Source of the DNA: Candidatus Parcubacteria bacterium
GTDB lineage: Bacteria > Patescibacteriota > Minisyncoccia > UBA6257 > HR35
NCBI GenBank assembly: GCA_026004495.1
Contig: BPJG01000001.1
Location: 2,672-66,671 of the forward strand
DNA length: 64,000 nt
Reading direction: 5' to 3'
A program made the translations under genes and the position numbers. Shown one piece after another: positions 39,651 through 49,669 of this stretch (the stretch's first letter is position 1; the number at the start of each line of letters is the position of its first letter). The notes beneath the pieces are model-generated. The model was not told the DNA's origin, did no database searches, and saw only the letters and a list, made by a program, of their open reading frames with translations.

Positions 39651-40370
39651 ATGATTGAACTTCAAGATGTTTTCAAGGTTTATAAAAACGGAGAAATAGA
39701 AACTATTGCTTTAAAAAATATTAATCTAAGAATTAATAAGGGTGAATTTATTTCAATTATGGGTCCTTCTGGTTCAGGAAAATCAACCTTGATGCATATT
39801 ATTGGTCTTTTAGATCGCCCAACAGGTGGTAAATACTTATTAGATGGCCAAGATGTTTCTAAATTAAAAGATGAAGAATTATCTAAATTAAGGAATAAAA
39901 AAATCGGTTTTATTTTTCAAGCTTTTTTTCTATTACCAAGAAAAAACGTTTTAGAAAATGTTATTTTACCTTCGATCTATTCTGACTTAAAACAGTCATC
40001 AAGAAAGGAAAAAGCAATTGAATCTTTAAAAGAATCTGCTTTTCCTTTAAATTTTATTTATCATTATCCCAATCAACTTTCTGGTGGAATGATGCAGAGA
40101 GTTGCGATTGCTCGATCTTTAATTAACGACCCAGAAATTATTTTAGCTGATGAACCAACTGGTAACTTAGATACCAAAACAGGAGAATTTGTTTTGCATA
40201 CATTCCAGAGATTAAATATTGAAAAAGGAATAACTATTATTTTAATTACTCATGAAGAATATGTGGCTGAACATGCAGAAAAAATAATTAGGATTAAGGA
40301 TGGTGAAATAATAAGTCAAGAAAAGGTAAAAAATAGAAAAATTTTACACCACAATAATGAAAACTATTGA
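39651..40370 (+). CDS. ABC transporter ATP-binding protein (MacB-like)
   Basis: [30 protein letters not shown]. Confidence 0.93.
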   Translation: MIELQDVFKVYKNGEIETIALKNINLRINKGEFISIMGPSGSGKSTLMHIIGLLDRPTGGKYLLDGQDVSKLKDEELSKLRNKKIGFIFQAFFLLPRKNVLENVILPSIYSDLKQSSRKEKAIESLKESAFPLNFIYHYPNQLSGGMMQRVAIARSLINDPEIILADEPTGNLDTKTGEFVLHTFQRLNIEKGITIILITHEEYVAEHAEKIIRIKDGEIISQEKVKNRKILHHNNENY

Positions 40371-41568
40371 TTTAATTAAAGAATCTTTTGATTCATTAAA
40401 AAGTAATAAGTTAAGGACAGGATTAACTATTTTAGGAATTGTTATTGGTATTGCTGCGGTTATTTCGATGATTTCTTTAGGCGAAGGATCAAAAATTAGT
40501 ATTCAGAAAAGTATTGAAAGCTTAGGTTCAAATAATTTAATTGTTTTCCCCGGAATTATTCAACCAGGCAGAGGTTTTGTCTCTAGTGGAAGAGGAGAAG
40601 CTCAGGTTTTAAAAAAGGCTGACGTTGAAGAAATTGAAAAAATTGATAATATTGTTGCTATTTCTTCAGAAATTCAAAGAAGATTTCAAGTCATAGCTGA
40701 AACTGGTAATAATCGTAATGTAATTATCTTAGGAGTTAATATTGGTTTTTTTACAGTAAGAAATATGGAAATTGAAAATGGAAATTTATTTTCTGATGAA
40801 CAAATTAGAAATTATTCAAAGGTTGCTATTCTGGGAAGCCAAATTGCCAATGATTTATTTGGTGACAATGATCCAATCGGCAAAAAAATCAAAATCAAAA
40901 ATTTAACCTTTAAGGTTATTGGAATTTTAAAAGCTAAAGGCTCAACTGGTTTTGTTAGCTATGATGATTTTATTATTATTCCTTATACGGTTATGCAAAA
41001 ACAATTAGCTGGAACAGAATACTTTAATTCAATTGCTGTTAAGGTTAACTCAAAAGAAAACATTCAAAAAGTTAGAGAAGAAATTATCAATAGATTAACT
41101 ATTTTACATCGAGTCGATGAGCCCGATTTTACTGTTTTTTCTCAAGAAGATATTTTAAGCACCTTAACCTCAATTATTAATACTTTTACCATTTTTCTTT
41201 CTTTTATTGCTGGTGTTTCGCTTTTGGTTGGCGGAATTGGAATTATGAATATGATGCTGACAAGTGTTACTGAAAGAACAAAAGAAATTGGCCTTAGAAA
41301 AGCTGTTGGGGCAAAAAATAATGATATTTTAAATCAAATTTTATTAGAATCAATTTTTATAACTTTATTAGGCGGTATTTTAGGAATTTTATTGGGTCTT
41401 TTAATTTCTTATGGTGTAAGTAAGATTGCTAATATTACAACTTATATTTCTTTAAAATCTATTTTAGCTTCAGTTATTGTATCAACTGGTGTTGGTTTAA
41501 TTTTTGGTTATTATCCAGCTAAAAAAGCAAGTAATTTAGATCCAATTGTTGCTTTAAGATATGAATAA
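40357..41568 (+). CDS. ABC transporter permease (MacB-like)
   Basis: RTGLTILGIVIGIAAV, GGIGIMNMMLTSVTERTKEIGLRKAVGA, LDPIVALRYE. Confidence 0.93.
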   Translation: MKTIDLIKESFDSLKSNKLRTGLTILGIVIGIAAVISMISLGEGSKISIQKSIESLGSNNLIVFPGIIQPGRGFVSSGRGEAQVLKKADVEEIEKIDNIVAISSEIQRRFQVIAETGNNRNVIILGVNIGFFTVRNMEIENGNLFSDEQIRNYSKVAILGSQIANDLFGDNDPIGKKIKIKNLTFKVIGILKAKGSTGFVSYDDFIIIPYTVMQKQLAGTEYFNSIAVKVNSKENIQKVREEIINRLTILHRVDEPDFTVFSQEDILSTLTSIINTFTIFLSFIAGVSLLVGGIGIMNMMLTSVTERTKEIGLRKAVGAKNNDILNQILLESIFITLLGGILGILLGLLISYGVSKIANITTYISLKSILASVIVSTGVGLIFGYYPAKKASNLDPIVALRYE

Positions 41569-41600
41569 AATCATATTATAATAATATATTCTTATAAGAA

Positions 41601-42044
41601 ATGGAAATAATAAAGATAACAAAACTAATTTGGATAATTTTTGCTTTACTTTCAGCAATTAGCGCAGCCTTAGTAGCAATTTTTGGTAAAATTGGTGTTT
41701 CGCATATAGACTCTACTTTAGCAACAACAGTTAGGGCAATTGTCATGGCTTTATTTTTAATTGTTGTTTCTTTATTTTTAGATAAATTTCAATTGCTAAA
41801 AACAATTGACAACAAAGCTTTAACTTTTATAATTTTGGCTGGTATTTCTGGCGCTCTTTCTTGGCTTTTTTATTTTCTTGCCTTGAAATTAGGTCCGGTA
41901 TCAGGAGTAGCTGCCTTAGATAGATTAAGCGTTATTTTTGTTTTGATTTTTTCTGTTATATTTTTAGCTGAGAAGTTAACATTAAAATCAGCCCTAGGGG
42001 CTATTTTTATTACAATTGGGGCGATTTTAATGATATTAAAATAG
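41601..42044 (+). CDS. EamA family small transporter
   Basis: AALVAIFGKIG..DSTLATTVR, SWLFYFLALKLG.VS.VAALDRLS. Confidence 0.88.
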   Translation: MEIIKITKLIWIIFALLSAISAALVAIFGKIGVSHIDSTLATTVRAIVMALFLIVVSLFLDKFQLLKTIDNKALTFIILAGISGALSWLFYFLALKLGPVSGVAALDRLSVIFVLIFSVIFLAEKLTLKSALGAIFITIGAILMILK

Positions 42045-42120
42045 GTCGAATTAAAACAACTAAGACAGAAGAAAAATTTTATAATATAATTTAAAATATA
42101 TTTAAAATTTTTAAAATAAA

Positions 42121-42579
42121 ATGAATAAAAAATTAATCTATATATTAATAGGTGGTTCCTTAATAATTTTAATTTCTGGAGGTTTTTTATTTTATTTAAA
42201 AAATAAATCAATTGAATATCCAGCAGAAAACCAAACTCAACAAGAAATTCAAAACCAGCCAATCAGTAATAGCAATATAGTTAATCAAATAACAAACAGT
42301 TCAGAATTAACAACATCTACCCCAACTGAAAAAACCGAAGAAAAATTTTATACAATGGAAGAAATTGTTCGACATAATTCTAAGGAAAACTGTTGGACAG
42401 TTATTCGAGGTGAAGTTTATGATTTAACTCAATGGATTGATAAACATCCAGGTGGAGCAGATGAAATTTTGTCTTTATGTGGCAAAGATGGAACTCAAGG
42501 ATTTGAGAGAAAACATGGAGGGGAAGAAAGACCAGAAAAAGCTTTAGAAGGATTTGAAATTGGTAAATTAAAACAATAA
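42121..42579 (+). CDS. Membrane-anchored cytochrome b5-like heme-binding protein
   Basis: HNSKENCW..IRGEVYDLT.WI.KHPGG, CGKDGT..F...H. Confidence 0.9.
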   Translation: MNKKLIYILIGGSLIILISGGFLFYLKNKSIEYPAENQTQQEIQNQPISNSNIVNQITNSSELTTSTPTEKTEEKFYTMEEIVRHNSKENCWTVIRGEVYDLTQWIDKHPGGADEILSLCGKDGTQGFERKHGGEERPEKALEGFEIGKLKQ

Positions 42580-42953
42580 TGGAAGATTACGGCAAATTAA
42601 TTTTAAGAATAGGATTAGGAATTGTTTTTCTTTATTTTGGTATAAGCCAGTTAATTGTTCCTCAAAGATGGATTTATTTAATTCCAGATATTAAAGTTAT
42701 TTATCTGAATGATATTTTTAAACAGAAAATAGTTCTAATAAATGGTATTTTTGATTGTTTAATCGGGATTTGTTTTATTTTAGGACTATTCATTAAAATA
42801 GTCTCTCTTTTATCTACGCTACACCTTTTGTTTATTTTCTTTTTTTCTTTGGGTTTTACTCCTTCGGGTTTTCGTGATTTAGGGCTTGCTTTAGCTTCAT
42901 TATCTTTATTTTTTTTAGGTGCCGGCAATTTTAAATTAAAAAAAATATTTTAA
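42579..42953 (+). CDS. DoxX family membrane protein
   Basis: LRIGLGIVFLYFG, RDLGLA; four TMs. Confidence 0.8.
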   Translation: MEDYGKLILRIGLGIVFLYFGISQLIVPQRWIYLIPDIKVIYLNDIFKQKIVLINGIFDCLIGICFILGLFIKIVSLLSTLHLLFIFFFSLGFTPSGFRDLGLALASLSLFFLGAGNFKLKKIF

Positions 42954-42989
42954 TTCTAATAAATTTTCATTAAACTAATATAATTTAAA

Positions 42990-43451
42990 ATGATAAACAT
43001 TGAAGGACAAATCGATAAAAACATAGCATTCGCAATATTAATTTTTATGGCGTTTATAATTTTATTATTTGCTACAGTAATAATTCTTTATTCATATAAT
43101 AATAAGAAAAAAAATAAAATGATAGAGATAAAAAAATCAGAATTAAAAAAAAATTATAATAATGAAAAAATATTCTTTTGCGATTATGTTATTAAAGATG
43201 GTAACGCATTTCAATTAAATGGAGAAGCTTTTAATACTTCAATAACTCCAGGTATGAAAATTGAAATAAACGGCATTGAACACGAAATAAAAGAGGTTTA
43301 TGGTTTTGATGATACGCCAGAAGATCCAGATCCTGCTATTCCTCAAACTAACCCTTACGGTTTAGTTTTAATCGAAAGCAATCAAATAAACTACCAGAAA
43401 CTCAAGGAAAGATTAAAAAAAGAGTTAGTCATCCCATTTATCTTAAGATAA
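42990..43451 (+). CDS. Hypothetical protein with N-terminal TM helix
   Basis: 153-aa ORF preceded by TATAAT; no recognised motif. Confidence 0.6.
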   Translation: MINIEGQIDKNIAFAILIFMAFIILLFATVIILYSYNNKKKNKMIEIKKSELKKNYNNEKIFFCDYVIKDGNAFQLNGEAFNTSITPGMKIEINGIEHEIKEVYGFDDTPEDPDPAIPQTNPYGLVLIESNQINYQKLKERLKKELVIPFILR

Positions 43452-43654
43452 TTAATAATTAGGTAATAAATTTTCATCTTTTGAGATATTTAACTCACAA
43501 ACTAGTTTTAATTAATTAAATTTTAAAATAAAATTTGATGAATAAATTTTGAATGAAAATTTTAATGATGGTGATTTTTATTACCATTTAGTGATTTAAG
43601 ATTTAATGATAATAACATAAAGGTCAATAATCTTAGCCAATAATTTGAGCTTAT

Positions 43655-43815
43655 TAAAAAAAGATAATTTTTATTGGTGAAGTTGGTTGGATTTTCACTA
43701 TTTTAAATAAAGTAAAAATAAACAATTAGAAATTTTTAGATATTCAATTAAAAATTGCTGAAAAATTTAATTTATTCATAGTTATTCATATTAAAAAGTC
43801 TTTTGATGATATTTT
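43655..43815 (+). pseudogene. tatD: Heavily decayed TatD-family hydrolase remnant
   Basis: Fragments KKIIFIGEVG, KQLEIF, QLKIAEKFNLFIVIHIKKSFDD resemble TatD IGEIGLD / QLELA..LPVIIH.R.A.DD. Confidence 0.55.
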
Positions 43816-43968
43816 TTAATAATAAAAAAATATAATATTTTACCTATTTAGCATTCTTTTGTTAAATATTCTTATTATTTCTTAGCGAATTATTTAAATA
43901 TTAAAAATATAAAAGAAATTGTTGATGAAAATTTTAATAATATTTTTAAAGATATAAATTTACAAATC

Positions 43969-44748
43969 TTAAATCAATAATAAAATTAAAATACCAATAA
44001 TTATTCTATAGAATCCAAAGGGAATAAGATTATTTTTTTTAAGATATTTAATAAACCAATTAATTGTTAAAAGGGCAAAAATAAAAGAACTAACAAAACC
44101 AATTAAGAGATAAATAAAATTTTGACCGATAAATAAACTATTAATACCCGTTTTATAAAGGTCATACAAGCTAGCTGAAATTATAGTCGGAGTTGCTAAC
44201 AAAAATGAATATAAAACTGCTTCTTCTCTTTTAAATCTCAATATTAGCATTATTAAAATAACAGCTCCGGCCCTAGAAACACCTGGAATGATTGCTAAGC
44301 CTTGAAACAGTCCAATTAAAAAAGCTTGTTTATTATCTAAATTATTTAAATCAAGACTTAATCTAAGTTTATTTTTAGATATTAATTTTTCCACTAAAAT
44401 AAAAATAAAACCAATAATTATAAGTGACGAGGCAATAATTAAATAATTTTCGAAAAATAAATTTTTAATTATTTTATAAAATACAATACCTATTATGGCT
44501 GTGGGTATAAAAGATACAATAATTTTTTTAATTAAATTTAAATTATTTTTTAAAAGATTAAAATAATTAAAAATTACTGCTAGAATTGCTCCGCTTTGAA
44601 TAAAAACTTCAAAAAGTTTATGAAAATCTGTTTGTTGGATTTTAAGTAAATTACTTACTAATATTAAATGAGCTGTTGAAGAAATTGGCAAAAATTCTGT
44701 TATACCTTCAACTATACCTAAGATAAAATAATTTAGAAAATTTTCCAT
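43969..44748 (-). CDS. uppP: Undecaprenyl-diphosphate phosphatase
   Basis: GIVEGITEFLPISSTAHL, IQSGAILAV, AIIPGVSRAG, FGFYRI. Confidence 0.95.
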   Translation of the reverse strand: MENFLNYFILGIVEGITEFLPISSTAHLILVSNLLKIQQTDFHKLFEVFIQSGAILAVIFNYFNLLKNNLNLIKKIIVSFIPTAIIGIVFYKIIKNLFFENYLIIASSLIIIGFIFILVEKLISKNKLRLSLDLNNLDNKQAFLIGLFQGLAIIPGVSRAGAVILIMLILRFKREEAVLYSFLLATPTIISASLYDLYKTGINSLFIGQNFIYLLIGFVSSFIFALLTINWFIKYLKKNNLIPFGFYRIIIGILILLLI

Positions 44749-44845
44749 TACTAAAATTATAACCTTTATAATTTTATTTTATAACCTATTTATAAATTAA
44801 AAATAATGTTAAAATAAAAATAATTAAAATTTTTTAAAATAAAAT

Positions 44846-45799
44846 ATGATATATATTATTTTAATTTCAGCTATAATAGGTTGTTATATTACTTATCATA
44901 TATATTCACACAAATATAAGAAAAAACCTTTAGTTTGCCCCTTAAAAGCTAAATGTGACCCAGTTATTCACAGTGAGTATTCTAAATTTTTAGGAATTGA
45001 AAATACAATTTTAGGTTTTACTTATTATGTTTTTATTTTAATTTTTCATTTATTATTTCTTATTTTTAAATTTAATAATTATTTCTTAGAATTTTTTGTT
45101 TTCAATTTATCACTTTTAGCTGTATTTTTTTCAATTTATTTAACATTTATTCAACTTTTTAAATTAAAAAAGTTTTGTAGTTGGTGTCTTTTATCTGCTT
45201 TATTATGTTTTTTGATTTTTATTAATTCATATTTAATTTATAAAGATACAATAATTAAAGCAGCAATTCAATTACAAAAATTAAGTATTTTTATTCATGC
45301 TTTAACTTCTGGAATTGCTTTAGGAATTGTTTCTGTAGTTGATTATCTGTTTTTTAAATTTCTAAAAGATAAAAAGATTGACGAAAAAGAAAAATCAATT
45401 TTAGATAATTTATCAGATTTTATTTGGTTAATTTTAGGATTAATTATTGTTTCTGGTGTTTTTATTTATTTGTCTGATATGGATAAATATCATAATTCTG
45501 TTAAGTTTATGCTTAAAATGATAATTGTCTTGATTATTGTTATTAATGGATTTTTAATGAATTTAATTGTTTCACCTAAATTAATTGAATTTGACTTTCA
45601 AAAATTAAACAATTTAAAAGAGAGAATTTTTATTTCGATGGGAGTTATTTCTATCACATCTTGGTTATTAGCTTTTATTTTAGGTAGATTAAAAACTATT
45701 CCCCTTAGTTTAATCGAGGCCTTAGGTTTATATTTATTGTTCTTAATAATAACTATAATTAGCAGTATTTTTTTTATTAAATTAAAATTGAAAAATTAA
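44846..45799 (+). CDS. Vitamin K epoxide reductase (VKOR) domain fused to a multi-TM C-terminal domain
   Basis: CPLKAKCDPVIHSEYSKFLGI, FCSWC; four further TMs. Confidence 0.85.
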   Translation: MIYIILISAIIGCYITYHIYSHKYKKKPLVCPLKAKCDPVIHSEYSKFLGIENTILGFTYYVFILIFHLLFLIFKFNNYFLEFFVFNLSLLAVFFSIYLTFIQLFKLKKFCSWCLLSALLCFLIFINSYLIYKDTIIKAAIQLQKLSIFIHALTSGIALGIVSVVDYLFFKFLKDKKIDEKEKSILDNLSDFIWLILGLIIVSGVFIYLSDMDKYHNSVKFMLKMIIVLIIVINGFLMNLIVSPKLIEFDFQKLNNLKERIFISMGVISITSWLLAFILGRLKTIPLSLIEALGLYLLFLIITIISSIFFIKLKLKN

Positions 45800-45829
45800 A
45801 AGCCTCCTTTTAAATAAAAGGAGGCTTTT
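45798..45829. terminator. Bidirectional intrinsic terminator
   Basis: aaaagcctcctttt-aaat-aaaaggaggctttt. Confidence 0.85.
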
Positions 45830-45854
45830 GCTTTATTTTGATTTCTTATATTTA

Positions 45855-45989
45855 TTAGATATTTTCTTCCTGATCATAAGAGGTTTCTTCATTTGCATTG
45901 CATTGACAACAATTTTGACAACCTTTACAAATTTGACATAATGATTCAGTAATTTGTTGGCAAACTTGACAAACGTTTTGATTTTCCAT
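45855..45989 (-). CDS. Small Cys-rich protein (44 aa, 8 Cys), absent from the ORF track
   Basis: MENQNVCQVCQQITESLCQICKGCQNCCQCNANEETSYDQEENI*; TATAAT upstream, terminator downstream. Confidence 0.75.
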   Translation of the reverse strand: MENQNVCQVCQQITESLCQICKGCQNCCQCNANEETSYDQEENI

Positions 45990-46414
45990 TTTTAGGGGAA
46001 TATTAAAAAAAATTTCGACCTTTTATTAAGTAATATATATTATAACATAATATAATATAACACATAGATTTAAAAAATAAATCTTAAATAAATTTAAAAA
46101 ATTATAGTGAAAATAGTTAACAATAAAAATTAGCAAAAAAATTTATTTGCTTGGATTAACAATAAATCTTTATTATGATTTTAATTTTAATAATAAACTA
46201 AGAAAAAATTTTTTTGAGATTTATGGACTTTAAAAATTAATTTGATTAGATTGTATTAAACAAATAAGTAATTTATCTCAATCAATCTATTTTTATTTTT
46301 ACAGAAACGTAATCCACTTTTTATCTCCCTATGGCAAGAAATTTATTGAATTTATAAAAAATTTCGAATAGACCTCGTTTTTAACTAATAAAGTTTTTAA
46401 CCAATAAATACAAA

Positions 46415-46492
46415 AACATTCTAACATTCTATAGACTACAACCCACCCTCCACATCTTCCCGTTCTTTCGAACGGGCCCCTGTTAGAATGTT
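46415..46492. other. GC-rich structured element bounded by 12-bp inverted repeats
   Basis: aacattctaaca ... tgttagaatgtt; internal cccgttc-tttc-gaacggg hairpin. Confidence 0.55.
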
Positions 46493-46599
46493 GTTTCGTA
46501 TAAAAAGAGAAAAGGAGAAAAAAGGTATAAGAAAAATTGGAATGGTTTTTAAGATGTATAAAATTTATTATTCCTCAAGATATGCTAAAATTTAATTAA

Positions 46600-49197
46600 A
46601 TGGCACAGAATTACAAAGAAAAATTTTATGGGATATTAGAGGATATGTTTGTAGGAGATGCTGAGATAGAAGGGCAGGGAGGGTTTATTAATCTTTTAAA
46701 AATCAAGCAAAATTACTATCAAAAAGTTTTTAAACCAAAACTTGAAGAAAAAGTAAATGAAATTTTAACTAAATATCCAAATTTTGAGACAGAACTTTTT
46801 GAAAAACTTTATACATTCCTTTCTCGTTATTTTTCTGAATCAGGCTCAATTTATTTTGTTAATACTCCATCTTATCATCAAATTTATGAAAGAATTTACT
46901 CGGATAGAGAAGATGTAATTTTATTCTGGAAAACAAGAGATCTTTATTACATAAAAACAGATAGAATATATAAAAGTTTAGAAGTTGAAATAGAAAATTA
47001 TAAATTTTATTTTGATGTTTCAAAACTTGAATACAAAAAAGCAAACGAAAAAAGAGAAATAATTTATGAACTTGACAAAGATAAAACAACAAAAGATAAA
47101 ATTTACTTTTATGTTTATTATTCAGAAAGAGGAAAGACAACAAAAATTGAAGAGATATTAAAAGCATTAAAAAAGAAAGATATTAAACTTAATGAAGAAA
47201 TTTTGGAAAAAGCATTTAGAAGATTTGAGCAACAATCAGAAGTAGACTATTTTATTCATAAAAACGCAAAAGCTTTCTTATCAGAACAATTAAAACTTTA
47301 TATTTATAACTACCTTTTTAAAGAAGCTCAAAATTGGACAATTGAAAGAATTGATCAGATAAATAAATTTAAAGAAACCGTTGAACTTATAATTGATTTT
47401 GTTTCTAAATTTGAAGATGAATTAGTTAAGATATGGAATAAACCAAGATTTGTTTTAAATTCAAATTATGTAATAACTCTTGATAGAATAATAAAACAAA
47501 ACAAACAAAAAGGATTTGAAATTATAAAGAAAATAATTAAACATAAAAATTTTGATGAGCAAGTTAAGGAATGGAAAGAACTTGGAATTATTGATGAAAA
47601 CTTCAATAAGAATGAAATAATTGAAAAAGATTTAATAGGAGAAAATTTAAATTCAAAATACCAATTTTTGCCAATTGATACAAAATATTTTAAGGATTTA
47701 GAAATTGAAATTTTAGAACTTTTTGATGATTTAGATAATCAATTAGATGGTTGGCTAATAAAAAGTGAAAATTATCAAGCTTTAAATACAATACTTCCAA
47801 AATTTAAAGAAAAAGTACAAACGATTTATATTGATCCACCATTTAATAAAGAACAAGATGCTGATTATCTTTATAATGTTAAATACAAAGATGCTACTTG
47901 GATTACATTACTTGAAAATAGATTAAGATTGGCAAAAGATATTTTGAAGGATACAGGAAGCATTTTTGTAAGATGTGATTATAATGGCAATATGTTTGTT
48001 AAATTATTGATGAATGAAATTTTTGGAAAAGAGAATTTTAGAAATGAGATAATTTTACAGCGAGGTATGCAAACTAGAAAAGCGGAAAAAAGATTGTTAA
48101 ATAAAATCGATTCGCTTTTCTTTTATTTCAAAAGTTTAGAAAAAGGATACTTAAATATTTTACTACGAGAAAAGGAACATGTGATACATTTTAATGAAAC
48201 ATTAAAAGCATTGAAGAAACTGATCGAGCCCAAAGTTTTCGAAGAAATAAAAAATAAATTAAGCGAAACACTCTGGATGCCATTTTTAAGCATGCCAGGA
48301 GAACAAAAAACAAAAAATTCAAGAGAAATTTTTGGTATTAAACTTTATCCTCCCAAAGGAAGACATTGGGCATTTTCACAAGAGAATTTAAATTTGGCAA
48401 TTGAAAAAGGTATAGCGAGATTAGTTTGTAAAAATTGTGGAACTATAATATTAGATAAAAGCCAAATAGAAAATAGAAAATGCAAAAATTGTGGCGGAGC
48501 AGATTTAGAAGGACAAATTTATAGTTTATATAATCAAATAAATGATAATTGGACAGATATACCAGGTTACGAACAAGATCCAGATTTTCCTACTAAAAAC
48601 TCTGAAATTCTCTTAAAGCGTGTTATAGAATCAACATCTAACGAAGGCGATTTAGTTATGGATTTCTTTTTAGGAAGTGGTACAACAACAGCAGTAGCAC
48701 ATAAGCTCAAAAGAAAATGGCTTGGTGTTGAGATGGGTGAGCATTTTTACAGCGTGGTTTTGCCGAGAATGAAAAAAGTTTTGGCTTATGATAAATCTGG
48801 AATTTCAAAAGAAAAAGATATAAAAGAGAAATATAACGAAAACAATGCTGGAGGATTTTTTAAATACTACGAACTTGAGCAATATGAAGATATTTTAAGA
48901 AAAGCGAAATATCAAGATATAAACGAACCAAAAACATTATTTGATAAGGACTTTAATTATATTTTTATGCCTGATGAAAAAATGTTATCAGCATTAGAAA
49001 TTGATTATGAAAACAACAAAGTTAAATTTGATTTAAATAAAATTTACCCAAATATTGATATTGCTGAAACATTATTAAACTTGAAAGGAAAATGGATAAA
49101 GAAAATTACGAAAGATTATATTGAATTTGAGGATGGAGAAAAAATAGATTTAAATAATTTAGATTTAAAGTCGGTTAAAAATTTAATATGGTGGTGA
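46600..49197 (+). CDS. mod: Type III R-M DNA methyltransferase (Mod)
   Basis: IYIDPPFN, FPTKNSE.LLKRVI, DFFLGSGTT; upstream of a Res gene. Confidence 0.9.
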   Translation: MAQNYKEKFYGILEDMFVGDAEIEGQGGFINLLKIKQNYYQKVFKPKLEEKVNEILTKYPNFETELFEKLYTFLSRYFSESGSIYFVNTPSYHQIYERIYSDREDVILFWKTRDLYYIKTDRIYKSLEVEIENYKFYFDVSKLEYKKANEKREIIYELDKDKTTKDKIYFYVYYSERGKTTKIEEILKALKKKDIKLNEEILEKAFRRFEQQSEVDYFIHKNAKAFLSEQLKLYIYNYLFKEAQNWTIERIDQINKFKETVELIIDFVSKFEDELVKIWNKPRFVLNSNYVITLDRIIKQNKQKGFEIIKKIIKHKNFDEQVKEWKELGIIDENFNKNEIIEKDLIGENLNSKYQFLPIDTKYFKDLEIEILELFDDLDNQLDGWLIKSENYQALNTILPKFKEKVQTIYIDPPFNKEQDADYLYNVKYKDATWITLLENRLRLAKDILKDTGSIFVRCDYNGNMFVKLLMNEIFGKENFRNEIILQRGMQTRKAEKRLLNKIDSLFFYFKSLEKGYLNILLREKEHVIHFNETLKALKKLIEPKVFEEIKNKLSETLWMPFLSMPGEQKTKNSREIFGIKLYPPKGRHWAFSQENLNLAIEKGIARLVCKNCGTIILDKSQIENRKCKNCGGADLEGQIYSLYNQINDNWTDIPGYEQDPDFPTKNSEILLKRVIESTSNEGDLVMDFFLGSGTTTAVAHKLKRKWLGVEMGEHFYSVVLPRMKKVLAYDKSGISKEKDIKEKYNENNAGGFFKYYELEQYEDILRKAKYQDINEPKTLFDKDFNYIFMPDEKMLSALEIDYENNKVKFDLNKIYPNIDIAETLLNLKGKWIKKITKDYIEFEDGEKIDLNNLDLKSVKNLIWW

Positions 49198-49201
49198 GAA
49201 G

Positions 49202-49669
49202 ATGGAAAATGAAATTTTAAAAATAATTTTAAATAATATATTACCTTCTGTTATTCTTTTTATTTTATATAAATTTGTAGAAGAATTTATAATAAAACCG
49301 CATTTGGAATACAAAAAAATAATAGCTAAAATTGATCATTTTTTGAAATTTTATCTCAATATAATTTGGAACATCAATCCACCTACTAGAACTAAGCCGT
49401 ATGAACCCTTACCCGAAGATTGGGGAAAAGCAAAAGAAACATTTAGAAACTTATCTTGCGAGCTAGAAGCTCAATATAAATCTATGATTTTAAAACGTTT
49501 TTTGCCCAATAAGAAGTATATTGACACTGCAATTAAGGATTTAATGATATTATCAAACATAATAGGCACTGTAAATGATTATAAAGGTGCATTTCAAAAC
49601 AAAGCAATTAACTTAGAAGAAGAAATTAGAACATGCTTAAGAATATCTCGAATGATCGATGAAAAATAA
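49202..49669 (+). CDS. Hypothetical protein with N-terminal hydrophobic helix
   Basis: 155-aa ORF tightly coupled between mod and the next gene. Confidence 0.7.
   Translation: MENEILKIILNNILPSVILFILYKFVEEFIIKPHLEYKKIIAKIDHFLKFYLNIIWNINPPTRTKPYEPLPEDWGKAKETFRNLSCELEAQYKSMILKRFLPNKKYIDTAIKDLMILSNIIGTVNDYKGAFQNKAINLEEEIRTCLRISRMIDEK

Noticed and set aside
46000-46600. att duplication of the tRNA-Val 3' end at the left island edge
   Set aside because: No copy of the tRNA 3' sequence found by eye and no integrase; tRNA-targeted integration is unproven
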